A stretch of DNA of 64,000 nt from Dokdonella sp. (lineage in GTDB: Bacteria > Pseudomonadota > Gammaproteobacteria > Xanthomonadales > Rhodanobacteraceae), in NCBI RefSeq assembly GCF_019634815.1, contig NZ_JAHCAP010000007.1, forward strand, positions 29,194 through 93,193, read 5' to 3'. The notes under the pieces were generated by a model that saw only the letters and a list, made by a program, of their open reading frames with translations, ran no database searches and had not been told where the DNA came from. Positions within the stretch are counted from its first letter, which is position 1. Each line of letters starts with the position of its first letter. Positions 55,628 through 64,000 of this stretch are shown in pieces. The position numbers and the translations under genes were made by a program.

Positions 55628-57358
55628 TCAAGGCGTTGGCATCGACCAAGGCTGCACCTTGATGCGCCCAGCGATCACCTGTGCGCTGACATCGACGAAA
55701 CGCCCATCCTGCCAACGCAGGAACTGCGTCGTCGCGAGCGTGTGCGCATCGAGCTGTGTCGGCGCGCTCAGGTAGGCATAGCGCAGTGCGCCCACCCGCG
55801 GCCACGGCAGCGGCTTGCCATCGACCGCCAGCGGCATCCACGGCGCCGCATTGGCCGGCACGGCTGCCGCGTCCTGCAGGTGGAACCAGGTCGGCGCATC
55901 GGCATGGATCCAGCAGTGTGCGATTTGCGACCGATCCCTGGCCAGCGCCTTGACGATCGAATCCATCGCCACGAAACCGCCCCACTCGCGCGCTTCTTCG
56001 ACACCGACAAACACGATCCGGCACGGCGCATCGCTGCGCGGCAGGGCGTCGACTGCGGCAATGGCTGCGTGTGCCATCGACGCGATCTGCGCCGAACGCT
56101 GCGCGAATGCGCGAGCCGCCTGCCACGAGGCGCTGCCGAACACGATCAGGACGATCGTGACGATGCCTGCGGCAAACCATTGCCGCTGTGGCCGCATGCT
56201 TGCAAGCGCGGCGCCGAGCACGAGCGCGATGCCGGCGCTGCCGAGGTAGTACAAGCGCGCCTGCATCGCCGCCTCGACTGCCGAGTACGCGGCAGAAAGC
56301 GACTGTGCATTGAGCCGCGCGACCGGCGCCTGCAACAGCGCCGGTACCAGCAACAGCAGCAGGCCGCAGACCACGAGGTCGATGCGCAGGTCGGCCGCGC
56401 CGACCACGTGCACGGCGGGCGCAGTCCGGCGCGATCTCTCGCGCCAGCGCGCGCGCAGCTCCAGCGCCAGCAGCGCAAGTCCCGCGAACATCGTGCAAGC
56501 CAGCACAGCGCGCTGCCAGGGCAACCAGCGCGCAGCCCATGACAGATAACCGCCTGCATCGCGCAGCCAGACGCCGACGCCCGCAAGCAGCGCGGACAGC
56601 GGCGAAGCATCGCCTAGCAGGTGGCTCGATGCGGTGCCGAGTACCGCCGCGCGCCAAGCCAGGAACACCAGCGCGCACGCCAGCGCTGCCGCGCAGGCGC
56701 GCAGCGCCCGCACGCGCGACGCACGATCACGCCATGCCCAACGCGCCCAGATCAGGATCAAGGCAGCGGGCGCGAGCAGGCCGATCTCCTTGCTCGCCAT
56801 CGCCGCGAATGCCGCGACCGACGCCAGCAGCAGGGTGCGTGGCCGCGGGCGCAGTCGATACGCCAGAGCGGCCTGCACGGCCAGCAGCACGAACAGGGTC
56901 GCGAGCACGTCGAAGCGCGCCGACCACCACTGCGCAGTCGACGCCGCAGCCGGATGCAGGGCAAAAAAAAGTGCCGCAAGCGCCGCCGCCAAGATCGGCA
57001 CGCGCGCCTTGCACAGCACGCCGAACAAGGCCAGCGCGACGCCCGCATGCAGAAACAGATCCACCAGCGCATGCGCGGCATAGTTGGTGCCGAACAGACG
57101 CGTATCCAGCCACATCGATGCGAAACCCAGCGGCCGAAACACCGAGCCGGGCACCGGATAGTGGTCGCTCACGAACAGCGGCCAGGGTGAGCCGACCATG
57201 CGCGCAAGCGCGAGCTGGAAAAAATCGTCACGGCCCCAGTCACCGGCAAGGCCAGACCAGCCGATCACGATCACGATTGCAGCGATGAGGATCGCGGCGA
57301 GCCAGCCGCGGCGACGCGGCGCCAGGATCGCATCGACGGCGGCGGCAGGCGCGCTCAT
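55628..57358 (-). CDS. Multi-pass membrane protein, GT-C/PMT-like glycosyltransferase candidate
   Basis: RDDF in the first loop, FRPL, LHP...W..ARFD.L, SKE motifs; about 10-11 TM segments plus a C-terminal soluble domain. Function is inferred. Confidence 0.6.
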   Translation of the reverse strand: MSAPAAAVDAILAPRRRGWLAAILIAAIVIVIGWSGLAGDWGRDDFFQLALARMVGSPWPLFVSDHYPVPGSVFRPLGFASMWLDTRLFGTNYAAHALVDLFLHAGVALALFGVLCKARVPILAAALAALFFALHPAAASTAQWWSARFDVLATLFVLLAVQAALAYRLRPRPRTLLLASVAAFAAMASKEIGLLAPAALILIWARWAWRDRASRVRALRACAAALACALVFLAWRAAVLGTASSHLLGDASPLSALLAGVGVWLRDAGGYLSWAARWLPWQRAVLACTMFAGLALLALELRARWRERSRRTAPAVHVVGAADLRIDLVVCGLLLLLVPALLQAPVARLNAQSLSAAYSAVEAAMQARLYYLGSAGIALVLGAALASMRPQRQWFAAGIVTIVLIVFGSASWQAARAFAQRSAQIASMAHAAIAAVDALPRSDAPCRIVFVGVEEAREWGGFVAMDSIVKALARDRSQIAHCWIHADAPTWFHLQDAAAVPANAAPWMPLAVDGKPLPWPRVGALRYAYLSAPTQLDAHTLATTQFLRWQDGRFVDVSAQVIAGRIKVQPWSMPTP

Positions 57359-57395
57359 CGCCACGACGATGCCGCCGCCAGTCGCACCGACACGC

Positions 57396-58337
57396 TCAGA
57401 TCAGCTTGATTTCGCGCAGGCGTTCCTGCAGGTAGTCGTGCGCGCTGATCGGCTGCGGGTAGCGATTGGGATTGTCGGCGCTGATGCACGAAGGCAAGGC
57501 GTCAATGATGAAATCCGGATTGGGATGCAGGAAGAACGGCACCGAGTAGCGAGGCTCGCGCCCCGCCGCACCGGGCGGGTTGACCACACGGTGGGTGGTC
57601 GACGGATAGACGTGATTGGTCAGGCGCTGCAGCATGTCGCCGATGTTGACGACGATGGTGTCGGCATCGGCGGTGAACGGCACCCACTCGCCCTTGCGCG
57701 AAAGCACTTCCAGACCTTGCGCGCTGGCGCCTACCAGCAGGGTGATGAGGTTGATGTCCTCATGCGCACCCGAGCGCACATTGGGCACGTCGGCCGTGGT
57801 GATCGGCGGATAGTGGATCGGTCGCAGGATCGAATTGCCGAAATGGGTCTTGTCGTCGAAGTAGTGCTCGGGCAGGCCGATGTGCAGGGCGAGCGCGCGC
57901 AGCACGCGCGAACCCAGTCCATCGAGTGCCTGATACAAACCATAGCCACGCGCATGGAATTCGGGCACTTCGGCTGGCCAGACATTGGGCGCCATCACCT
58001 GCGCGTAGCTTGATTCGCGCGGGATCTCGCGACCGATGTGCCAGAACTCCTTGAGATCGGGATACTGCGAGCCCTTCGCGGTCTCCACACCGAACGGCGT
58101 ATAGCCGCGCGCGCCGCCGCCACCGGCGAGGTGGTATTGCATCTTGACTTCGGTCGGCAATGCGAAGAACGCCTTGAAAACCGCATAGGCGCCATCGATG
58201 TCGGCTTGCGAGATGCCATGATTGCGGATGCCGGCAAAGCCCCATTCGCGATAGGCCGCACCCAGTTCGGCGACGAAGCCGTTGCGATCACTGTCGTAGC
58301 GGCGGATATCGAGAGTCGGAATGACTGCGCTCATCAT
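57396..58337 (-). CDS. 2-oxoglutarate/Fe(II) dioxygenase, isopenicillin N synthase-like
   Basis: [33 protein letters not shown] (HxD), [26 protein letters not shown]. Confidence 0.9.
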   Translation of the reverse strand: MMSAVIPTLDIRRYDSDRNGFVAELGAAYREWGFAGIRNHGISQADIDGAYAVFKAFFALPTEVKMQYHLAGGGGARGYTPFGVETAKGSQYPDLKEFWHIGREIPRESSYAQVMAPNVWPAEVPEFHARGYGLYQALDGLGSRVLRALALHIGLPEHYFDDKTHFGNSILRPIHYPPITTADVPNVRSGAHEDINLITLLVGASAQGLEVLSRKGEWVPFTADADTIVVNIGDMLQRLTNHVYPSTTHRVVNPPGAAGREPRYSVPFFLHPNPDFIIDALPSCISADNPNRYPQPISAHDYLQERLREIKLI

Positions 58338-59698
58338 CGTTCACCGTGCGGACTGGAAGCTGCGGATTCTACGGCGTGCGCAAGGTCGCCGGCGAGTTCG
58401 CGCACCAGCGCGGCATCGTCCGCCTCGATCGTCACGCGCACCACCGGCTCGGTGCCCGAGGGCCGCAACACCACGCGGCCATGACCGTCGAGCCGCGCCT
58501 GCACCCGCGCCAACGCCGATTGCACTTCGGCTGCGCTCACCACCGCTGCGGCATTGCCAGCAACGCGGACGTTTTCGGTGTGCTGGGCGACCTTGCGCAT
58601 GCCGGCCACGGCGGCATCGAGGCTGTGCCCGCGGCGCACGAGCACCTCCAAAACCTGCAAGGCGGCAACGATGGCATCGCCGCTGGTGGCGCGGTCGAGG
58701 GTGAGAATGTGGCCCGAAGTCTCGCCGCCGAGCACACCGTGATGCTGTTTGAGCAGTTGCAGCACGTAACGGTCGCCGACATTGGCGCGCAGGAACGGCA
58801 CACCCAGCTCGCCAATGGCGCGCTCGAGCCCGAAATTGCTCATCAGCGTGCCGACCACGGGCCCTTGCAGACGACCTTCGGCGTGCCAGTCGAGTGCGAG
58901 CAGATAGAGCAGCTGATCCCCATCGACCAACGCGCCGTGGCGATCGACCATGAGCACGCGATCGCCGTCACCGTCGAAGGCAATGCCCAGATCGGCCTTG
59001 CGTTCGGCCACCGCACGCATCAACGCCTGCGGATGCGTCGAGCCGACCTCGTGATTGATGTTGAGGCCATCGGGCTGCGCGCCGATCGATTCGACGCGCG
59101 CGCCCAGTTCGGCAAACACCGTCGGCGCCACCTGGTAGGTTGCGCCGTGGGCGCAGTCGAGCACAAGCGACAGGCCGCGCAGGTTGAACGTCGGTGGTAC
59201 GGTCGATTTGCAGAATTCGGCGTAGCGCACCACCGCATCGCGCACGCGCACGACCTTGCCGATCGAGGCCGATTCCACCGTGGTGAACGGCGCTTCGAGC
59301 TCGGCTTCGATCGCCGCTTCAAGCGCATCGTCGAGTTTCTCGCCCGCGCCGGAAAAGAACTTGATGCCGTTGTCGTGATGGCTGTTGTGCGAGGCGCTGA
59401 TGACGATGCCGGCACTGGCGCGCAGCGAACGCGTGAAATAGGCCACCGCGGGCGTCGGCATCGGCCCGAGCAGGCCGACATTGGCACCGGCCGCAACCAG
59501 CCCGGCTTCGAGTGCCGACTCGAACATGTAGCCGGAAATGCGCGTGTCCTTGCCGATGATGACGTTGACTTCGCCACCGCGTGCGCCGAGCACGGTGCCG
59601 ACCGCACGTCCTAGGCGCAACATGAATTCAGCCGTGATCGGCCACCGGCCGACGCGGCCGCGAATGCCATCGGTACCGAAATAGCGCTTGGTGCTCAC
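58334..59698 (-). CDS. glmM: Phosphoglucosamine mutase
   Basis: [44 protein letters not shown]; GTG start. Confidence 0.96.
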   Translation of the reverse strand: MSTKRYFGTDGIRGRVGRWPITAEFMLRLGRAVGTVLGARGGEVNVIIGKDTRISGYMFESALEAGLVAAGANVGLLGPMPTPAVAYFTRSLRASAGIVISASHNSHHDNGIKFFSGAGEKLDDALEAAIEAELEAPFTTVESASIGKVVRVRDAVVRYAEFCKSTVPPTFNLRGLSLVLDCAHGATYQVAPTVFAELGARVESIGAQPDGLNINHEVGSTHPQALMRAVAERKADLGIAFDGDGDRVLMVDRHGALVDGDQLLYLLALDWHAEGRLQGPVVGTLMSNFGLERAIGELGVPFLRANVGDRYVLQLLKQHHGVLGGETSGHILTLDRATSGDAIVAALQVLEVLVRRGHSLDAAVAGMRKVAQHTENVRVAGNAAAVVSAAEVQSALARVQARLDGHGRVVLRPSGTEPVVRVTIEADDAALVRELAGDLAHAVESAASSPHGER

Positions 59699-59781
59699 GG
59701 CAATCGGGAAACCCTGGAACCGACAACGCGCCGCTGTGGCGATTCCCGCGTCGCGATTGCCGATTCCCGGTCGTCTTCCAC

Positions 59782-60687
59782 TCAGTCGCCCATCTGTTTC
59801 TGGCGATGTTCCCAGCGTTCCTGAGCATCGAGACTCAGGGTTGCGATCGGGCGCGCTTCGAGGCGATCGATGCCGATTTCCTCGTCGGTTTCCTCGCAGA
59901 AACCGTAATGGCCTTCCTCGATGCGCTTGAGCGCCTTGTCGATCTTGGCGATCAGCTTGCGATAGCGGTCGCGCGTGCGCAATTCGAGCGAGTTCTCGGT
60001 TTCGCGCGTGGCGCGTTCGGCCTCATCGCCGACATCGCGCACTTCATCGCGCAGGCTCTCGATGGTCTGGCGGCTCTCCTCGACCAGCTCTTCACGCCAG
60101 TTCGACAACTTGTCGCGGAAATACTGGAGCTGACGCGGCCCCATGTACTCTTCCTTGGCCAGCGGCTTGTAGCCCTTGGGCAGCGGAATCTGCACATTGG
60201 CCGGGAGCGCATAGCGGCCGTCCTGCATGGTGGCGCCGGAATCGCTTTCCGGTGGCCGCTTGACGCCCTTGGCGACGTTTCCTTCGGTTCTTGCTGTACT
60301 TTCTTTCACGATTGGCTTGTTCGGTGCCGCGTGTACCGCGGCCACCTTCTTCGATGGGACGGAGGATGACTTGTGACTGACCGCAGGCCCCTTCGACTTT
60401 GTCGGCTTGGCCGCCGGCTTGACCGGTACGGCCTTTTTGGCAACGACCTTTGCCTTGGCCTTGCTTGCCGCGACAGGCTTCACCGGCTTTTTTGCAGCCG
60501 GCGTCCTGGCCTTGGCCGGAGCCGCCTTCCTGGCCGGCGCAGGTTTCTTCGCCGGCGCAGGTTTCTTCGCCGGCGCGGACTTCTTGGCGACAGGCTTCTT
60601 GCCAGCGGCCTTCTTCGTTGTCGCGGGCTTGGCCGCCTTGCGTGCGGGTGCGGGCTTGGCTTTGACTTTCGCCTTGCTGTTGGCCAT
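59782..60687 (-). CDS. dksA: DksA with a long Lys/Ala/Pro-rich N-terminal extension
   Basis: EEYM...[58 protein letters not shown]. Confidence 0.92.
   Translation of the reverse strand: MANSKAKVKAKPAPARKAAKPATTKKAAGKKPVAKKSAPAKKPAPAKKPAPARKAAPAKARTPAAKKPVKPVAASKAKAKVVAKKAVPVKPAAKPTKSKGPAVSHKSSSVPSKKVAAVHAAPNKPIVKESTARTEGNVAKGVKRPPESDSGATMQDGRYALPANVQIPLPKGYKPLAKEEYMGPRQLQYFRDKLSNWREELVEESRQTIESLRDEVRDVGDEAERATRETENSLELRTRDRYRKLIAKIDKALKRIEEGHYGFCEETDEEIGIDRLEARPIATLSLDAQERWEHRQKQMGD
60533..60576. repeat. 18-bp in-frame tandem repeat (KKPAPA) in the dksA extension
   Basis: GCCGGCGCAGGTTTCTTC at 60533 and 60551, partial copy at 60569. Confidence 0.85.
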
Positions 60688-60721
60688 GTCTTCGGTCGTC
60701 TGGTGACTCTAGCGGTCGCGT

Positions 60722-60750
60722 GTTATAGCCCAAGAACCGACCACGGGCAA
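60722..60750 (-). promoter_or_regulatory. Candidate sigma-70 promoter of dksA
   Basis: Minus strand TTGCCC-N17-TATAAC, 35 nt upstream of the ATG. Confidence 0.55.
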
Positions 60751-60815
60751 CCGCAGCAAAGCCGCGCAATCGGCGCGAAAATCCCGCGGCCGTCCGCATT
60801 CCTCCTGGCACCACG

Positions 60816-61082
60816 ATGTCACGTTGGTTGATCCACCTGCTGCGCGGCTACAAGCGCATGCTCAGTCCCCTGCTCGGTGCGCGCTGCCGCTTTCACCCAA
60901 GTTGCTCGGACTATGCGCGCGTCGCGCTGGCGCGCTTCGGTTTGGCGCGCGGCCTGTGGCTGGCGGCGTGGCGCATCGTGCGTTGCCAGCCGATGTGCAG
61001 CGGCGGACTCGATCCGGTACCGTTGCAGTTTCGCTGGTTCCCCGGCCCCGACGCCGCCACTCACGAGCATCCGCATGACTGA
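60816..61082 (+). CDS. yidD: Membrane protein insertion efficiency factor YidD
   Basis: [36 protein letters not shown]. Confidence 0.92.
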   Translation: MSRWLIHLLRGYKRMLSPLLGARCRFHPSCSDYARVALARFGLARGLWLAAWRIVRCQPMCSGGLDPVPLQFRWFPGPDAATHEHPHD

Positions 61083-62421
61083 CTCCGACGCGCGTTGGCT
61101 GATCCGCAATGCCGAACTGGTGAGCGACGGACGCCGCTTCCATGCCGACCTACGTATCCGCAACGGCCGCATCGAACGCATCGATGCCGGCCTGAGCGCG
61201 CAACCGGGCGAACAGGTGATCGACGCCGCGGGCTGTTGGCTGCTGCCGGGCATGATCGACGACCAGGTGCATTTCCGCGAACCCGGCCTCACCCACAAGG
61301 CCGACATCGAGAGCGAATCGCGCGCCTGCGCCGCGGGCGGCATCACCAGCTTCATGGAAATGCCCAACACGCGGCCGCCAGCGACCGACCACGCCGCGCT
61401 GGAAGCCAAGTACGCGCGCGCCGCGCAGGTTTCGCGCGTGAATTACGCGTTCTACCTGGGCGCGACCAACGACAATCTCGAACAGATCCGCACGCTCGAT
61501 CCGCGCAGCGCGCCGGGCATCAAGGTATTCATGGGCGCCTCGACCGGCAACATGCTGGTCGATGATCCGGCCACGCTGGATGCGATCTTCCGCGAGGCGC
61601 CCACGCCGATCATCACCCACTGCGAGGACACGCCGATGATCCTCGCCAATGAAGCCGCCGCGCGGCAACGCTGGGGCGAGGACATCCCGGTCGGCCAGCA
61701 TCCCCTGATCCGCTCGCGCGAGGCCTGTCTCAAATCCACGCAGCTGGCGATCTCGCTGGCGAAGAAGCACGACACACGCCTGCACGTGCTGCATATCTCC
61801 ACCGCCGACGAGTGCGCGCTGTTCGAGCCCGGCCCGGTCAAGGGCAAGCGCATCACCGCCGAAACCTGCGTCCACTTCCTGCACTTCTGCTGCGAGGACT
61901 ACGCGCGACTGGGTTCGCTCATCAAGTGCAATCCGGCGATCAAGGATGCCGCCGATCGCGAGGGCATCACCCGCGCACTTGCGCAAGGCCGCATCGACGT
62001 ACTTGCCACCGACCATGCACCGCATCTGGTCACCGAAAAATCCGCGCAGTACGGCAAGGCGCCTTCGGGCCTGCCGCTGGTGCAATACGCGCTGCAATGC
62101 GCGCTCGAACGTGTGTTCGATGGCGCGCTCAGCCTCGAGCGCGTGGTCGAAGCGGTGTCGCATGCACCAGCCACCCTGTTCGACGTGCGCGAGCGCGGCT
62201 GGTTGCGCGAGGGTTTTCACGCCGACCTCGTGCTGGTCGATCCACGCAAGCCACACACCGTCTCGGCACGCGAAGTGCTGTCCAAGTGCGGCTGGACGCC
62301 GTTCGAAGGGCACACCTTCCGCTCGAGCATCGCTGCGACCTTCGTCAATGGCGAACGGGTCTGGGATGGCACGCAGGTCGATGATCGCGTGCGCGGCCAG
62401 CGACTGGCGTTCGCGCGATGA
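61075..62421 (+). CDS. pyrC: Dihydroorotase (long type)
   Basis: [53 protein letters not shown]. Confidence 0.9.
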   Translation: MTDSDARWLIRNAELVSDGRRFHADLRIRNGRIERIDAGLSAQPGEQVIDAAGCWLLPGMIDDQVHFREPGLTHKADIESESRACAAGGITSFMEMPNTRPPATDHAALEAKYARAAQVSRVNYAFYLGATNDNLEQIRTLDPRSAPGIKVFMGASTGNMLVDDPATLDAIFREAPTPIITHCEDTPMILANEAAARQRWGEDIPVGQHPLIRSREACLKSTQLAISLAKKHDTRLHVLHISTADECALFEPGPVKGKRITAETCVHFLHFCCEDYARLGSLIKCNPAIKDAADREGITRALAQGRIDVLATDHAPHLVTEKSAQYGKAPSGLPLVQYALQCALERVFDGALSLERVVEAVSHAPATLFDVRERGWLREGFHADLVLVDPRKPHTVSAREVLSKCGWTPFEGHTFRSSIAATFVNGERVWDGTQVDDRVRGQRLAFAR

Positions 62422-63284
62422 TGCGTGGCGTCCCGAGCGTGTCGCAGACGCCCGTTCTGCGCACCGGCCTGCTGCTGATCGCACTCGCAGGCGTGCCGAT
62501 CGCCTGTCACGCAGCCGACAGCGGCAGCGCCTTTCCTGCCAGTGTCCCGCAGGGCTCGCTGATCCGCGCCAAGGTCGATCCGCATGCAACCGTGGTCTTT
62601 GCCGAGCGCAAGCTGCGCGTCGGCCCGCATGGCGAGATCGCCTTCGGCGTCGGGCGCGATGAATCGGGTCCAGTCACGGTCGAAGTTCAGACTGCGGGTG
62701 GCAAACGCGAACACGTATCCATCGAAGTCACGCCGCGCGACTGGCCGACCGAGCGCATCGTCGGCGTGCCGCCCAAGACCGTCGAGCCACCACCCGAGAT
62801 CGCCGCACGCATCAAGCGCGAGCAGGCACGCGTGGTCGCCGCGCGCGCGCGCGACGATGCCCGCGTGGATTTCGCGGAAACCTTCCAATGGCCACTGCAG
62901 GGCCGCATCAGCGGACGCTTCGGCAACCAGCGCGTCTACGTCGTCAACGGCAAGGATGTACCCAAGTCGCCGCATTCCGGCATGGACATTGCCGCGCCCG
63001 AAGGCACGCCCGTGCACGCGCCCGCGAGCGGCATCGTGAGCTTTGCCGAGAACGGGCTCTACCTCACCGGCGGCACCGTGCTGATCGACCACGGCCACGG
63101 CGTGAGCTCGAACTTCCTGCACCTCTCGCGCATCGACGTGAAACCCGGTGAGCATGTCGCCCAAGGCCAGGTGATCGGCGCCGTCGGCATGACCGGCCGC
63201 GCGACCGGCCCGCACCTGCATTGGGGCATGAACTGGTTCAAGGTGCGCCTGGATCCCCTGCTCCTGCTCGAACCCGCGTCTTGA
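62418..63284 (+). CDS. M23 family metallopeptidase
   Basis: HSGMD (HxxxD), DHGHGVSSNFLHLS, GMTGRATGPHLHW (HxH); signal-like N-terminus; ATGA overlap with pyrC. Confidence 0.9.
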   Translation: MMRGVPSVSQTPVLRTGLLLIALAGVPIACHAADSGSAFPASVPQGSLIRAKVDPHATVVFAERKLRVGPHGEIAFGVGRDESGPVTVEVQTAGGKREHVSIEVTPRDWPTERIVGVPPKTVEPPPEIAARIKREQARVVAARARDDARVDFAETFQWPLQGRISGRFGNQRVYVVNGKDVPKSPHSGMDIAAPEGTPVHAPASGIVSFAENGLYLTGGTVLIDHGHGVSSNFLHLSRIDVKPGEHVAQGQVIGAVGMTGRATGPHLHWGMNWFKVRLDPLLLLEPAS

Positions 63285-63418
63285 GAGCAGCCGGCCGTCA
63301 GGCCCGCTGAGCCCGCGCTGCGTGTTGCAACGCATTTCACCCAATGCGGCAGCGGCACGCGCCGACACCGCAGCAGAGGAATAGAATGCCCCCACGACCG
63401 GCATTCAGGGGATCGGCC

Positions 63419-64000
63419 ATGCGCATCATCTTCACTCTCCTTCTTGCTCTGTGCAGCGCGACGGCGCTCGCGGCACGCCATGAAATGGCGCTGTCGGCGT
63501 CGATGTCCAGCCAACTCGATCGCTTGCCGCTCGACACGCAACTGGTGATCAGTGGTTTTCCCGATGGCCATGGCGGCACGCATACGGTGCAGTTCAAGCG
63601 CATCGACGTCTATGCGCCGGGCGCGCGCCTGATCGTGATCGATGCCAACGGTGAGCGGGAGATTCCGCGCAGCCAGCGCATCGAACTCATCGGCACCGAC
63701 GAAGACGGCCAGATGCGCGTGCATCTGGGTTTCGATCCGGGCCTGCGCAATCTCGTCGGTTCGGGTTCGGCGCCCGCGGGCAATTTCGCGATCCATGCAC
63801 AGGCCGACAGCCACGGCAGCCGGCTCGTGGTGCAACCGAGCGAAGAAGCCCTGCCTGCGGGCGTGACGCCGCAGATCCTCGGCACCGACGATGCCATTCC
63901 CAACCCGCAGGCACGTCCCTTGCCGCCACTCACGCTCGGTCTCGACGCGGTCACCGCGGCCTCACGCAGCGCGGTGGTTGCGGTCGATGTCGATCAGGAG
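63419..64000 (+). CDS. Secreted protein truncated by the window edge, probable pro-domain of a reprolysin-like (M12) metalloprotease
   Basis: Own translation: MRIIFTLLLALCSATALA signal; open for 194 codons to the edge; ends RSAVVAVDVDQE, resembling the strand that opens M12B catalytic domains; TAGAAT at 63382-63387. No HExxH is visible in the window. Confidence 0.55.
   Translation, partial: MRIIFTLLLALCSATALAARHEMALSASMSSQLDRLPLDTQLVISGFPDGHGGTHTVQFKRIDVYAPGARLIVIDANGEREIPRSQRIELIGTDEDGQMRVHLGFDPGLRNLVGSGSAPAGNFAIHAQADSHGSRLVVQPSEEALPAGVTPQILGTDDAIPNPQARPLPPLTLGLDAVTAASRSAVVAVDVDQE

Overview
GC-rich core-chromosome segment of a Xanthomonadales/Lysobacterales bacterium. Gene order and protein style suggest Rhodanobacteraceae (Dokdonella-like); this is an inference. 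About 55 apparently intact CDS are present, with no tRNA, rRNA, CRISPR, prophage or transposase. Housekeeping blocks: dxs/folE2; efp-mtaD-ubiG-gph with epmB divergent; fimX; htpX; gluQ-phbB-phaR-phbB2; fkpA-ugd-gmd-slyX; fumC; purB; sucAB-lpdA; pilH; hsp20-cbpA; gyrA-mtnA; glmM; dksA; yidD-pyrC-M23. Two CDS cut by the window edges are missing from the supplied ORF track: a TPR-like lipoprotein at <1..1328 (-) and a probable secreted metalloprotease at 63419..>64000 (+). The most notable observations are: (1) two unrelated secreted proteins share a C-terminal D-x-I-F-x-[DN]-G-[FY]-[DE] tail, a candidate sorting signal; (2) two PhaB paralogs flank phaR with opposite NADPH/NADH fingerprints, alongside a 100-bp hairpin tandem repeat and a PhaR-like box; (3) a 7-gene RDD-RDD-SpoIIM-membrane-DUF4350-MoxR-DUF58 operon of unknown function; (4) a YtrA-type GntR/ABC operon with a visible operator and an unknown leader protein; (5) a TolA-like secreted protein with a duplicated 74-aa domain; (6) a zinc-free DksA with a histone-like N-terminal arm; (7) GtrA and GT-C membrane genes flanking mtnA. 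All family assignments are from motif recognition by eye; no searches were run.
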